DNA of 63,682 nucleotides, counting the filler, from Hyphochytrium catenoides (Eukaryota; Protista; Hyphochytriomycota): the NCBI GenBank assembly GCA_900088475.1. It is 9 parts of 9 records of this genome, joined end to end, with 100 filler letters (N's around TTAATTAATTAA, not from the genome) between each part and the next. Parts side by side here need not be neighbours in the genome. Positions count along the whole stretch, not along the records: positions 45,456 to 52,076 come from FLMG01002874.1; positions 52,177 to 53,355 come from FLMG01002744.1; positions 53,456 to 57,633 come from FLMG01002177.1; positions 57,734 to 63,682 come from FLMG01002925.1; 5 more parts are not named here. One strand, written 5' to 3'. Shown in pieces: positions 50,699-63,330 of this stretch. Numbering within the stretch: the stretch's first letter is position 1; each line of letters starts with the position of its first letter. Position numbers and translations under genes: made by a program. Below the pieces are notes generated by a model. That model saw only the letters and a program-made list of their open reading frames with translations, was not told the DNA's origin and made no database searches.

Positions 50699-52076
50699 AT
50701 GGCAGGATCATCTTCGTCGAGTCTAAGGTCCATGCTAGGGGAAGACGAGGTGTTTGACCTTGTCCGCGATTATCTGCGTTCTCGGCAGTACTACGAAGCG
50801 GAGAAGCTCCTCCTTCAGGAGAGAGAGACGGGGAAACCTTCTTCTGTCTCTCGCTCGAACCAGAGAGAGCCTTCCCGTCTCGAGTCTCTCCTGGAAAGAA
50901 GCTGGGTGACAAGTCTCATCTCTAACGATGACGAGGAGGATCAGAATCCTAACAAGCGCCGTAGGACCAACTTGGTAAGCGCCAAGAGGCCTTTGCTTTC
51001 ATTGAAGGGGATTGAAGAGAAGAAGATGGGAGCGAGAGATTGACAGCGGAGAAAGAGAGAGTTTGGGAAGGCTCTTTCATCAATGACAGCCAGCGATAAC
51101 CCAGTTTCTCGGTTGTAGGATGGTGAGCTTCCGCCCAAGGTCCCATCTGGAATGCCAAGTGAGTTGAGTGAGAGTGCTGAGCTGCAGGTGAGCCTCTTAG
51201 GGACTTCGCTTTCTGTTTGTATGGTGTCCTTTGCACTGTGAAGACTCTTCTTTCTCTCTCTCTCTCTCTCTCTGCATTTATCTCTTTTTCCCTTGTCCGT
51301 CGCGCTCCTTAGACGGCCTAACTCATGTCGCCTTTGATCTTTCCCTTTCCCACAAAGATGTCGACCCGTCTGGTAAACTTTGAAGCGTGCAAGGACGATC
51401 CGTACGGCTCCTCTTCGATGCCAATCTATCAGACTTCAACCTTTGCTCAGCCTTCGGCTACGGAGTTTGGACCTTACGACTACACCCGGTCTGGCAATCC
51501 CACCAGGGCGGCGCTTGAGAGACAGGTTAGGACCAGGCTAAATCGTTGCTTTTGAGTTGTGGGTGCTTTTGAGTTGTGGGTGCATCCATTGTTCTAGGTT
51601 CTGTTATCGTTGTCGTTCTTGGCCTCTCTTTCCCTACTTCTCTCTCCCTTGTTCCCTGCTAATGCCTATGGTTGGCTACTCTTCTTCTAGATGGCGGAGC
51701 TAGAGGACGGCCACCGCGCCTTCGCCTTTACCAGCGGTATGGCTGCTCTGTCCTGCGTGTCTCGCCTCGCCAAGGCTGGAGACGAGATAGTTCTCTGCGA
51801 TGATTCGTATGGCGGTACTTACAGACTTCTATCGAAGATCGCCGTTAAGAATGGAGTGACTGTCAAATATGTGGACTTAGCGGGACCAAAGGGAGCAAAG
51901 AACCTGGAGGAGTCTCTCTCTTCAAAGACGAAACTGGTCATGCTGGAGAGCCCAACAAACCCGATGATGCGGATCTGCGATATCCAGGCCATTGCAGACG
52001 TTACCAAGAAAGCTGGGGCTTTGTTGTCCATTGACAACACGATGATGAGCCCTCTGCTTCAGAACCCTTTGAACCT
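50699..52076 (+). CDS. metC: Cystathionine beta-lyase (Cys/Met metabolism PLP enzyme) with an N-terminal LisH-like extension, 3'-truncated
   Basis: Exons 50699-50974, 51119-51187, 51358-51525 and 51691-52076 are all phase 0. Motifs PIYQTSTF, YDYTRSGNPTR, FTSGMAA, DDSYGGTYRLL, LESPTNP and IDNT. Confidence 0.9.
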
Positions 52077-52176
52077 NNNNNNNNNNNNNNNNNNNNNNNN
52101 NNNNNNNNNNNNNNNNNNNNTTAATTAATTAANNNNNNNNNNNNNNNNNNNNNNNNNNNNNNNNNNNNNNNNNNNN

Positions 52177-52523
52177 GCGGGGGACGAGGGAGAAGAGACC
52201 GTAGACTCTGTCTCTTTCTTCTCTTGCTGCTGTTCTGCTTTAGTAGTAGGGGCCGCAGTGGTGGTTGGCGCTTCTGAAAGATGTCGAAGAGCAAAGGAAG
52301 GGTAAACGAGAGAATGTGTTCTCGCTTGATCTGAGAGAGAAAGGGCCGAGGCTCCACCAGGAGTTGCTGCTAGTGCAGCTAACAGGAGAAGAGAGACATG
52401 AATCAACTTTATGCGGGAGGAAGAAGTGGCGCTTGCGGTAGGCGCGGAAGGCGAACAAACAAAACGGCGTCGAATGGCGGCCATCATCAGACTTCTTCCT
52501 CTTGACGGACGCAATGAAAACAT
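52177..52523 (-). CDS. N-terminus of a probable secreted or membrane protein, truncated by the gap
   Basis: Signal-like LIHVSLLLLAALAATPGGASA followed by a T/E/S-rich stretch. No family recognised. Confidence 0.35.
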
Positions 52524-52800
52524 CTTTAGCTTTTCCTTCTCAAGAAGTGATGTCTGAGACGTGAGAAGTATGATAATGGCAGTGATGAGACCTTTCAAAG
52601 GGTGACAGAGACCCCGGCGGCTCAAGACGGAGAGGAGGATGGAGGGGAAGTGCGGAGACAAGCGAAGTCAGGCAACGGGAGAGACAGACACCGAACGAAG
52701 AAGTGTCATTGAGGAAGAGGTAAGAGTTAAGGAGCAAAGCTAAGAAGGAAAGAAAGAAAGAGGAGGGGACACAAAGAAGAAGAGTGGCATCATCATCTAG

Positions 52801-52831
<31 letters not shown>

Positions 52832-54160
52832 GGAAAGAGTGGGAGAGGACAGTAAGGAAGAGGAGCGGTGGCAAGGGTCGCTTATTAACATCTCTTTTAG
52901 TTGTGGGAAGTTGGTGCTCTTCTCTAAGCCCCTTGGTATGTTTAGGTTTATGGTCTCCTCTTCTCTTGCTGTCCTTCCTTCCTCGCAGCATCATCTACCA
53001 GTTCCCATGTTCCATCATCCGCTATCAGAAGCCGTGCCCTGGCTGCTTCTTCATCGTCCTCCGTGTTGGGAGAACTACTACCTCCTCTAGCCTTTCTCTC
53101 ATTCTTCTTTTTCCCCCTCTCTCTCTTCTCTCTCATTCCCAGCGTTCACCGCTCGTACCCACGGGGTCTCAGGGGGCAGACAGTGCGACCCTTGGGGGCA
53201 GAAAAGGATATGGTTGCCTTTCCTTTCCTGACAACGTTCTTCAGTCACAGCGGAGGAGGATATCCTTTCGTTCTACTCCTTCTCCTCCTACTGGTCTCGC
53301 CCAATCTTCTGTCCATCTGGGTCTCTGTCCTCCCCTGGACGGGTTCTGTCTAACANNNNNNNNNNNNNNNNNNNNNNNNNNNNNNNNNNNNNNNNNNNNT
53401 TAATTAATTAANNNNNNNNNNNNNNNNNNNNNNNNNNNNNNNNNNNNNNNNNNNNTTTTAGTCTAATAAATCGAGAGAATCTTGCGATGGAGCACTGGAC
53501 CCTTCTCTCCCTTTCTCTCCTTCTCTTGTTCCTCTCTACCCTCTCTCTCTCTTCTCTCTCCCTCTCACATTTATTCCGTTTGTATGGAGTCATAGCTTAG
53601 CTTCTGTCTTGTAAGTACTTCTCCCCTCTTTCCTCTCTCTCTCTCTTTCTCTGCTCTTTCTCTCTCTCTCTCTCCCCTTCCCATTTTATCTTCCCCAAAG
53701 TGGCTGTCTGCGTGTCTTCTCTCTTCCCTTCACGCTTTCTGCAAAGAGACCGCGTACATAAATAGGGAGAGAGAGAGATGAAGAGAAAGAAAGGAAGACA
53801 GAGAGTAGGAAACAAAGAGAGAGGTAGAGTAAAAAGGAAGAGAAAAGAGAGAGAGACAGTGAGGTGAGACCAAGTTATATTCTGTTCTTTACTGTCAGAA
53901 AGAAAAGGAGTACTCTTTCTCTTCCTTCTTTTCTTTCTGCCTCTCTCTTTCTTTCTCTCTCTTTGAAAATTGTTCTTCCGCGTCTTCCTCTCATTCTTGA
54001 AAAATACGAGACAGAGAGAGGGAGAGAGAGAGAAAGAGTCCCAAATGGACTTCACTGTTATAGGTGGGCTTCCTATTCTTTAATACCTTCTCTTTCTCTC
54101 TCTCTCTCTCTTTCTCTCTCTTTCTGAATCTCTCTTTCTCTCTCTTTCTCTCTCCCCTCT

Positions 54161-54296
54161 TTATTCTTCTGCCAGCCGCTTGTGCGCCTCTGCCTGGAGA
54201 CAAGCTCCCACCGCCACTGCCTCTTCAGGGTCGAGAAGGAGAGGATCGGGCCCCACGCGTTTCTCTCCAAATTTTCGAGAGAGTCTNNNNGGAGGA

Positions 54297-54327
<31 letters not shown>

Positions 54328-54760
54328 TGTTGAGAGAGAGTGAGGTGGAGAGAGAGAGAGAGAGAGGTAAAGAGAGAGAAAGAGAAAGAAAGAGAGAGAA
54401 TAGGGGGGAGAGAGAGACACAGCGAGAGACAGAGAGAGAGAGGGAGAGGCAGACAGACAGAGAAAGAGAGACAGAGAGAAAGGAGAGAGCGGGGGAAGGA
54501 GAGAGATGGTAAGAGGAGAAGCAAGAGAGGATACAAACGCAGGAAGGGGAGAAAGAGAGGAGAGAGAGAAGGGGTAGAACAGGAAACCGGGGGAGAGAAA
54601 GAAAGAGAGAGAAAGATTTCCGAAGAACCGCCATGAAGGAAATCGGAATGGACCAGAAAGAAAGCGTAGGCAGAGAAGGGAGAGAGAGAGGGGATAGTCA
54701 TAGAGGAGGTTAAAAAAATAAGGGAAAGAGGAGGAAGAGGAAGGAAAGAGATAAAGGGTT

Positions 54761-54793
<33 letters not shown>

Positions 54794-55392
54794 CAAAGAG
54801 ACAAGGACAAGACAGAGCGAGAGTGGGCGGGGCCAGAGAGAGGATAAGAGCGGGGATGGACGGGCAACAAGAGAGAGAGAGGGCTAGAGAGAGAGAGAGG
54901 AGAGAGAGAAAAAAAAAGGTAGAGAGCGAGAGAGAGGGCCAGAGAGAGAGGGAGCCAGAGAGGAAAAGAGAGAGAGAGAATGAAAAAGAGACTCTCTCCT
55001 ACCTCTAAAGAGCCATCCACAATTTTCTCCGCGAGCTGTTCAAACTTTGCCCTGGAAATCTCTGTCTGGAGATGTTTCGGTCCTGAGTGATCCGCAGAGA
55101 GAAAAGGGAGAAGAATGGAAGAGAGAAGAGAAGAAGAGAGTTCTCTCCTTGCTCTCTCCGCGGCTTCTCTCAGGCGGGGAAGGGCGAGAGAGTCCTTGGA
55201 GAGATCAATTCCTGTCTCTCGCTGCGGGGATGGGAGAGAGAGAGAGAAAGAGAGAAAGAGAGAGAGGGAAGGAGGAAAAGAGAGAGAAAAAGAAGAAGAG
55301 AAAGATATAACGGAGAAAGGGAGAGAGAGAGAAAGAGAGCGGGAGGGAACGAAGAAGTAAGAAAAGAGTAAGAGATGGAGAATGAGAGAGAG

Positions 55393-55457
<65 letters not shown>

Positions 55458-56038
55458 TAATTGAGGGAAACAGAAGGAGGACAAGACAAAGAAACAGAGA
55501 GAGGAAGAGAGGATTGATGATATCCGCCAAACATTAACAAGGGACGGAAAGGAAGAGAGAAGGTAGCGGGCAATGCGTTATAGCGGCGAGGAAAGACACA
55601 ACCGAGAGAGACAGACAGAGAGAGAGAGACAGAGAAAGAGTGAGAGAGAGAAATGAACACAAAGAAGACAAGAGTGAGAGAAGAGAGAGAGAAGGAGAGA
55701 GAGGTGACTCACTCCAAAGCTGTTGATGAGATGTCGGACGAGAACATCATCCAGAGTTTTCCCGCAATAGTCAAACGAGGACCTGAAGGAAGAGAAGAGA
55801 GAGAGACAGAGAGAGACAGAGAGGGAGAGAGAGAGAGAGAGAGAGAAGAGAGTTAAATAACAAGGTGAAAAGAGAGCAGAGAAGAGAGAGAAAGAGTGTC
55901 ATTTTGACAAGATTAGCAGGGAAAGGACGAAAAGAGAGAGACGCTGGATAACCAGAAAAGCAGAAGTAGAAGCTTTCTCAGAACGAGAAAAAGAAAGAGA
56001 GAGAGAGAAGCATAGAGAGGCGCACAGATGAACATCAT

Positions 56039-56084
<46 letters not shown>

Positions 56085-56560
56085 CTCTCTACTGACTTTG
56101 AGGCTACGACCGTCATGCGGCCACCCACGCGCTTGACCACCGAAGCCGAGAAGATGAGACCCTGAGCGATTGGTTCCAGTTAGGGAAGAGAGAGAGAGAA
56201 AGAAAAGAGAGAGAGAGAGACAGGCAGAGATACAGGAGAGACACACAGAGAGAGGGAGAAAGAGAGAAGCGGCGAATCGATATCTCTCAACAAATAATGA
56301 AGAACAGAAGGGAGAACCAAAGGGAGACAGAGTATGAGAGACAGAGGAGAGAGAGAGAGGGAAGAGAAGAGAGAGAAGCAGAGAGAAGGAGAAACGAGAA
56401 TGGTAAGAGAGAGAAGCGGGCGCAAGAGGCAGCCTACGATAACAAGACGGAGGAACGAGAAAGACCACCGGTGCAAGAGAGAGAGAGCGCGAACAGAAAG
56501 AAAGAGGGAGAGAGAGAGACAGAGAGAGAAAGAGAAAGGGAGAGAGAGAGAGAAAGAAAC

Positions 56561-56600
<40 letters not shown>

Positions 56601-56759
56601 GTAACTGACTCCCATGTCGTAGACGAGGTAAGTGGCGTCTTCTCTGCTGCTGCTCTCAGGGAAGGCTCCGCACTCTTCCGCTGCCTCTGTGGCCGCCTCA
56701 GGGTCCGCCAGCACCTCCAACACTGAGAAGCCAGACATCTCCGCCGCATCGACCGCAGC

Positions 56760-56810
<51 letters not shown>

Positions 56811-57147
56811 GAGAGAGCGAGGGACAGCGAGAGAGAGAGTGAGAAAGCGAGAGAGGGAGAGACACAGAGAGGGACACAGAGACAGAGAGAGACAGGGAAA
56901 GAGAGAGAGACACACACAAACACAGAGGGAGTGGAATAGAGAGAGAAAGAGAGAAGAGAGAGAAAGGCATGAAGAGAGAGAGAGAGAGATGGAGAGGGTC
57001 CTGTGTTTCCCTACGCTAAAAGCGCCGTACCTCTCTCTGTTCGCTGTCAAAGTAGGGCGGGACTGCGAGCACTGCATGTTTCTTCTTCCCGAGCATCACT
57101 GTGTCGGCTCTCTCTGCTATGTCCTCATACATTCTTTCGCTCAAATA
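54161..57147 (-). CDS. Divergent mitochondrial/DnaK-type Hsp70-like protein, apparently nucleotide-binding domain only, 5'-truncated
   Basis: Exons give AVLAVPPYFDSEQRE-AAVDAAEMSGFSVLEVLADPEAA, YLVYDMGGLIF and RETGIDLSKDSLALPRLREAAE..LPFLSADHSGPKHL..ISRAKFEQL. The last exon reads DPEEAVAVGACLQAEAHKRLAEE*. Confidence 0.8.
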
Positions 57148-57308
57148 CTGGGAGGAAGAGAGAGAGAGAGAAAGAGAGAGAGAGTGAGAGAGAAAAGGGA
57201 AGACAGAAGAGAGAGTTAGCTTTTTTGCACGTTCCTTTTATTCGGGCAGATTCAAGCCCTAACACCTCCCCCTCTTCCCCTCTCCTGTTTTCTCTTTTCG
57301 TACCCTTA

Positions 57309-57339
<31 letters not shown>

Positions 57340-57889
57340 CCCTCCTTCTTTCTCTCTCCATATATCAATGTTTTTCTCTCTCTATTTCCATGGCTCCTTC
57401 CTTCTCCTCTCCTCATGTCTCGAAAAAAAATTCTAGACTTTGCCTCTCTTTCTCCCCTCTTCCCTTCGTTCCTTTTTAAGTTGCCAGTTTCTCTTCCTTC
57501 CTTTCTCTCTTTCCTTTTTCCTTCTTTCTTTCTTTCTTTGTTACGCTCTCCGTCTCGCGAACGTGCTCTCTCTCTCTCTCTCTCACTCGCTGGGATGTGC
57601 TCTCTCTCTCTCTATTCAACCTTCTGCACCCATNNNNNNNNNNNNNNNNNNNNNNNNNNNNNNNNNNNNNNNNNNNNTTAATTAATTAANNNNNNNNNNN
57701 NNNNNNNNNNNNNNNNNNNNNNNNNNNNNNNNNTCCTCTTCCAGTAGTATGTCGGTGCTCTTTCTCTCTCTACCTCTACCTCTCTTCTGGTGGGACGGTC
57801 CTTGGGTCCTTGGAATGTAGTGCACATGGCTGTCCTAAGCGCTTTAGTGCATTGACCTCACTCTTACACTGCCTTTTCCTCTCGTATAG

Positions 57890-57988
57890 GCCTTCATGAA
57901 GGGAAAGATTAAGCTGAAGGGGAACATGTCCCTGGCCATGAAGCTGAAGACTGTCCTCGACTCCGCCAAACCCCAAGGGAAGCTCTAA
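57890..57988 (+). CDS. Last exon of an SCP2 sterol-carrier-domain protein with a PTS1-like GKL end
   Basis: AFMKGKIKLKGNMSLAMKL..AKPQGKL* follows a TAG acceptor. Confidence 0.85.
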   Translation, partial: AFMKGKIKLKGNMSLAMKLKTVLDSAKPQGKL

Positions 57989-58398
57989 AGAAAGCGAGCG
58001 GAACGAAAGAAGGGACATTATCCTAATCAAGCGCCAGGATGCCAGTCTATTATACCTCAAAGATGATATACGAGACAGCAAACCGTCCCCTCTCTATCCA
58101 ATAAATACATGGCGTTAGCGGGGGCTACCCTCTCTGACAACATCGATCTGCTTACATGCTTCTCATGCCATTGAGAGAAATATGGTGGCTCTTCTTTTTG
58201 GGGCCTCACTCTTCGAAGCCCTTCTTCCTGCCCCTGTGTGGGCTTAATCTTCCGACAAGGAGTAGCGGTCTCACCAGAGCTCACCATTCTCTTTTACCTC
58301 ACTCTCTTTCTATGTCATTTCTTCTTGATAAAAGATCCTCTTCTCCTGCCTTTCTGGACTCATCTTAGTGGCATACGAAATGGCTATGCCTTTTAGTC

Positions 58399-59235
58399 CT
58401 ATTGGATAGGACAGCTGTCACCCACTCTCTCTGCATACATCCTGGCTAGCTCTTGATGCACTTCTTCCAGCAGTTGTTGGGCCTTGGACAGAGCAGAAAG
58501 TAGCATCTCGCCTCTCCTTTGTCCTTCCTCTTCTCTCACGTTGGATGTACTAAAGAAATCCCAGTTTTAGAAGTCTGCTTTATAAGAAGTCACACCCTTT
58601 CCTTCTCCTCAAGGCGCCCCAACGTCTTACTACCCGGTCTCGACTTTCGTCTACTCCTCTGTCCCTTTCCTCTCTCTCTTCTGGCTCGCGTTTTATCTGT
58701 GGGGGACCATTCTCTTGTCTTCCCGAACGGTACTGTCTCCTAATCTTCAAACTGTCTTTTCTCTTGCTGACCTTGCTTGCCAGTCTGGCGGCGTCAAGTG
58801 ATTCCCCTTGTTTGGAGAATAGAAGAGTAGGCTAAGTTCCCCTTCCGAATCTCCCGCAGGGCTCAGGAGAGCCGCAGTTAGCCGAGAGAGAAGCGAGGAG
58901 AGCGCCAAGACTGACTCCGCCTTGAGTAGAGAGAACGATGAGTGAGAGTTATTAGTCAAGATAAGGAGGGAGCCAGTGGCATGTAATGAAGAGTGAGGAC
59001 AGGAGAGGTGGGGATGAGGGAGAGGGTGATGAGAATTGACGACCTTGTCCCATAGTGGGCCTTGAACGTCAGCTTCCCTGAGTGTTCCCTGATTCTGTCG
59101 TTGTGCAAGCAGCTCTCTAAGTTCCAAAACTTCGCGCTGCAGCCGCTCCCTCTGACACCACAGGCAAGAGAGTTAAGAAGAAGGAGAGACCACCACATTG
59201 AGACAAAGAGAGTGAGAACCAGAGATTAGAGAAGG

Positions 59236-59266
<31 letters not shown>

Positions 59267-62200
59267 TATAAGAGAAAGAGGGAGATGAAGAGGGAGACAA
59301 ACGACAACGGAAGTCTTTCTACGACAAGCTGAATCATGAGACATCAGTTCACTTGGATAGAGCTAGAGAGAAAGGTAGAGCGAGAGGCGCGTAGCGCCAG
59401 ACACATAGTCCATTCGAGTGACTGGAGAACTAAGGACCGGCCTAGATGGGCCCTAAGGTAGTCAAGCCCCACTAGGCCTTAGGGAGAAGTGCTTAACACA
59501 CGTTTTACCTCACTTTGACACAGTGCTGGTTGGGAGTGGTCGCAGCGTTTGGCAGCGGTAAGTCTAAGTAGCTCTCTGTTCTCGAGAGTCAAAGCCTGAG
59601 CTTCCCGCCTGCTCAACTCCAACTAGTTGGTAGCCAAAAAGGAGAGAGCGAAAAGGGAGTGAGAAAGAGAGTGTGAGATCAAACCGACAACAGAGAGGAG
59701 AGAAGAGAGATAGGAGGTTCCGGTGAGTGCCAAGGCGGAGGCCATGACCGTTATGGATGGACATTGATGGCGCTAGTCCGTTCGCTGGCCTTCCGGCTCT
59801 ACTACCCCTCTCTCCACGTTCGTTTTTGCATCTGTGGCCTCTTACTCTCTTACATCATGTCATCGTTTTCATATCACGATTGCTCCAGCCATGCTCCTGC
59901 CCTTTGCCCTTCTCTGTCCGATCTCTCAGCGGTCGATCTAGTTATCGACTCCCCCAGCCCCTCTCCAACCCTGACCTCTTTTTCTAGTTCCTGGGAGCGC
60001 TCTATGAGCTTCTCGACGGGAGTTCGGCCCTCTGGCGTCATGGAGAGAGAAGCAACTGTCCGCTGAAGTTCTTGAATCATGCTCTGGAACCAGCGATCGG
60101 AAGATCGGGGGACGACAAAGACAAAAGGCAAAGAATTATCAATATTGAGAAATCGAACGACTGACCGCCAGAGAGAGGAAGGCCAAGCAAGACGTTAAGG
60201 GTAGGAGGAAGGTGTGCATACCATCGCATCTTTTCAAGATCCAGACAGATAAATCGGCAAGATAAAAAAAGAAAGGGAGACGAAATAGAGCTGCTTCTGC
60301 CCGTAGAGTCTCTTGGCTTACTTTTCTGTCGGCGATGGCTTGACGATACTGTCGCCCTTGCTCTTGGAGCTGTGCCGTCTGGCGCTGAACTCTCTGCAAC
60401 TGGAAAGTATACCAACTGAGTCCTTCTTTCCCTCCGTCAAAACTTTCTCTGCCTCTTCCTCGTATCTTCGATGATTGGGACACATTCTCCCTCACCATCT
60501 CAATTGATCCTGACTACCTTCTCCCAACTTGGTCCCCTACTGTCATTTCTCTGGTTACCTGCGCCCTGGGTCTTGACCTCTCCTAACTGCTCTTGTCCTC
60601 TTGCGCTCCCCATCTTCTCTATCTCTCTACTATTTGTCCCCTCTTTCCTTGTTCCCTTCTCCCGTCCTCCCTCCTCTTCTCCCTCCCTCTTCGCCTCTCT
60701 TTCAGTTCTCTCCTTCGTCTATAGCTCTCTTTTCCCCTTCACTATATTCTCTCTCTCTCTCTCACAAACATTAGCTCTCTCTCTCTCTCTCTCACTACTC
60801 TCCTCGCCTTACCTCCAGTTTGGTCCTCTTCAGTTCATCGTGCAGATTCTCTCTTTTATCTCGCTCCTCATTTAGGGCATCCTTCAACTGTAGCAACTCG
60901 TTCGTTCGTTGTATGCTCTAAAGAAAAGAGAAAGTGAGACCAAGTCGAGGGACACAGGCCTAAGGGGAAGAGCAAGAAAAGACGTGACGAAAGCTAGGGC
61001 TGACTTTGATTCAAGCAGAAAGTGAAGGAGGACTTCTCACGCCTTTTTACCTCTTGCTTCCCCATGATAGCAGTTCGCATTAGCTCCAGGCTCTTGAGAG
61101 AGAGAGAGAGAGAGAGAGAAGATAGAACGTGAGGTCTCATCTCTGCCTTACGGAGCTAAACGTGATTGCAAAGCAATAGAGCCAGATTAGTAGATAGAGT
61201 CCCAAGGAGGTTAAAGGAGAGTCCTGAGGACGTGCAAGAGAGAGCGTTGGCTCCCTTGACGTACTATCTCCTCTTCTCTCTTCTCTGCTGCTTCCTTCTG
61301 GGCCTGGAGTGCCAGTGCGGTGCTTCTTCGAAGCTCCTTTAGCTCTGTCTCCAGTCTCTAGGCGCGACAGCAGGAAAAAGATAGAAGTAAGAGAAGCAAG
61401 TGACCTAGAGGCTTGCAGTGCGCCAGGAGCGGTGACTAAGTCTAAAAAAAAATTTGACAGCAGTGCTTTGAGGTACAACGAGTTCCACGACGAAGAGTTA
61501 AGGAGATACAGCGCCCACAGAAAATAGGGAGATAGCGCTAGGGAGAGGAGTCAGCGAGAAGAAGCAGGAGAGAAACAACCAGGGCCACCAAAGAGAGAGA
61601 GAGCAAGAGCTTGATAGAGGACTCCTAAGCGAGAGAGATGGGAAGAGAGAGCGGAGCGAAGAAAGGGGAGAGGATGAGAAAAAGAGCAAGAAGAGATCGA
61701 GAGAGAGAAGATTAATGAAGTGGCAAAGGGGATGGATTGGAGAGGGGGCACCTCTTTAGTGGCTGTCAGCTCTTCTCTCTCCTCTCGAAACACCTCCACC
61801 TGCCGTGTCAGGCGGTGGACATGGCTCCGGAGGTCAGAAAGTTCTCCCTCTCGCTGTCGGAGGGTGCAGCTCTGAGTCTGGAGCTTTAGGGCCGAGGAGC
61901 CTCGCAGCTCCATCATCTAAAGGCAAGCGAGAGGAGCGAGAGCAGAGAGACATAAGTTAGAATTCTATGGATTGCAGACAGAGGTAGCCTGAGAGACGAG
62001 ACAGAATGTGACACAAAGTTGGAGCGACGAGCCAAAATAGAACGAAAATCAGAGATAGAGAGACCAGACAGACACACAAGGAGAGTGATGAGTAAGCTAA
62101 TTAGCTAGCTAGCGGGAGAGAGAGAAGCAGCGAGAGAGAGAGAGCTGAGAGGGAGAGAGCTGAGAGAGAGAGCTGGAGAGACACAGCTAGACAGAGCGAG

Positions 62201-62807
62201 AGAGAAACAGCCCGAGAGAGCCAGAGAGAGAGATAGCGGGAAGAAAGAAAGGGAGAGAAGGTACGCCTAGTTAGGCTTACGTCCAGTTCATGCAGCTGCA
62301 ACTCGCTCTCCAGGGCAATCACCCTCGCCCTTAGTTCACTTGATGAACACTGCGCCGAAGTCTCCATGGTCACTCTGTTCCTTCTTCTTCTTTCCCTCTC
62401 TTCATCTTCGTCTCAGATCTCTGCCGTCTGCATCGCTGGAGGGACAGGAGGGTTCCCGCTTTCTCCTGACAAGAAGTCCAGTTCTTTCTCTTTCTCTTTC
62501 CTTCCCCTGTCTATAGCTGTTGTTGCCTTATATAGATAAAAGGCTGACGGTCTCTCTTCTGTCTCTCTTTCCAAACTTCTGAAGGAGTAACCGACACATC
62601 AGAATGTCTCAGAGAAGAGAGGAAAGACGAGGGAAGAAGGTATGGATGGAGTCAAGAGTATGAAAGGGAGAGTGAGAGACAAGAATAGAGGGGGAGACAG
62701 AGAGAGAGAGAGAGAGATGAGAGAGCGCGAGGAGGCTGTTAGACAGCATGAGTGTGCCAGAGAAGGAGAGAAAGAGCGTGCGCGAGAGAGAAGAAACAGA
62801 AAAAGAA

Positions 62808-62872
<65 letters not shown>

Positions 62873-63180
62873 AAGAGAGAGAGAGAGGGAGAGAGAGAAG
62901 AGAGAGAGAGAGGCATGGAGAGACAGAGAGCACTTGTACCTTTTGAAGGAGATGGCGCCAAAAACCAATTTGAAAGTGAAATATTCCCAATACTTCCTAG
63001 AAACGGTTAAAACTTCATAGTTCTTTTATCGCATTCACCCACAGTGGCTGGAAATATTCTGGGAGGCTGCAAAATTGGCAAGCTCTCTAGTTCTTTCTTC
63101 CAGCTCATCTTCCTAGTTGGCGCTCGCTGTCTTCGTATCGGGAACCGCCTGATCGGGAAGTGAGAGCGCCGCGTCGTCAT
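58399..63180 (-). CDS. CEP85-like coiled-coil protein with a C-terminal CaaX (CPIQ), multi-exon
   Basis: Several heptad-rich exons. The last two exons are phase-compatible and give ..ELSLLF..LEEVHQELARMYAERVGDSCPIQ*, resembling the CEP85/CEP85L C-terminus. The 5' exons and start are tentative. Confidence 0.6.
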
Positions 63181-63330
63181 GGACTGGAGCTGCCACCAGC
63201 TGCACGTTCAATGACAGACACGACGTCCTGAAGAGGGAGGCCTAAAAAAAGAGAGAGGAAAAGAGCGAAGTGTAGAGCAGTCAATGTGTCTGTAGGGGAC
63301 TAGGTTTCGGTGAAGCTGCTAACTCATGTT

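Noticed and set aside
11252-52076. Alternative genetic code or non-canonical introns
   Set aside because: All confidently reconstructed genes translate with the standard code and use GT-AG introns.
53456-57633. Long ORFs of 150-485 aa rich in LSLS or ERER
   Set aside because: GA/CT microsatellites lack stop codons. Only the embedded Hsp70-like exons look coding.
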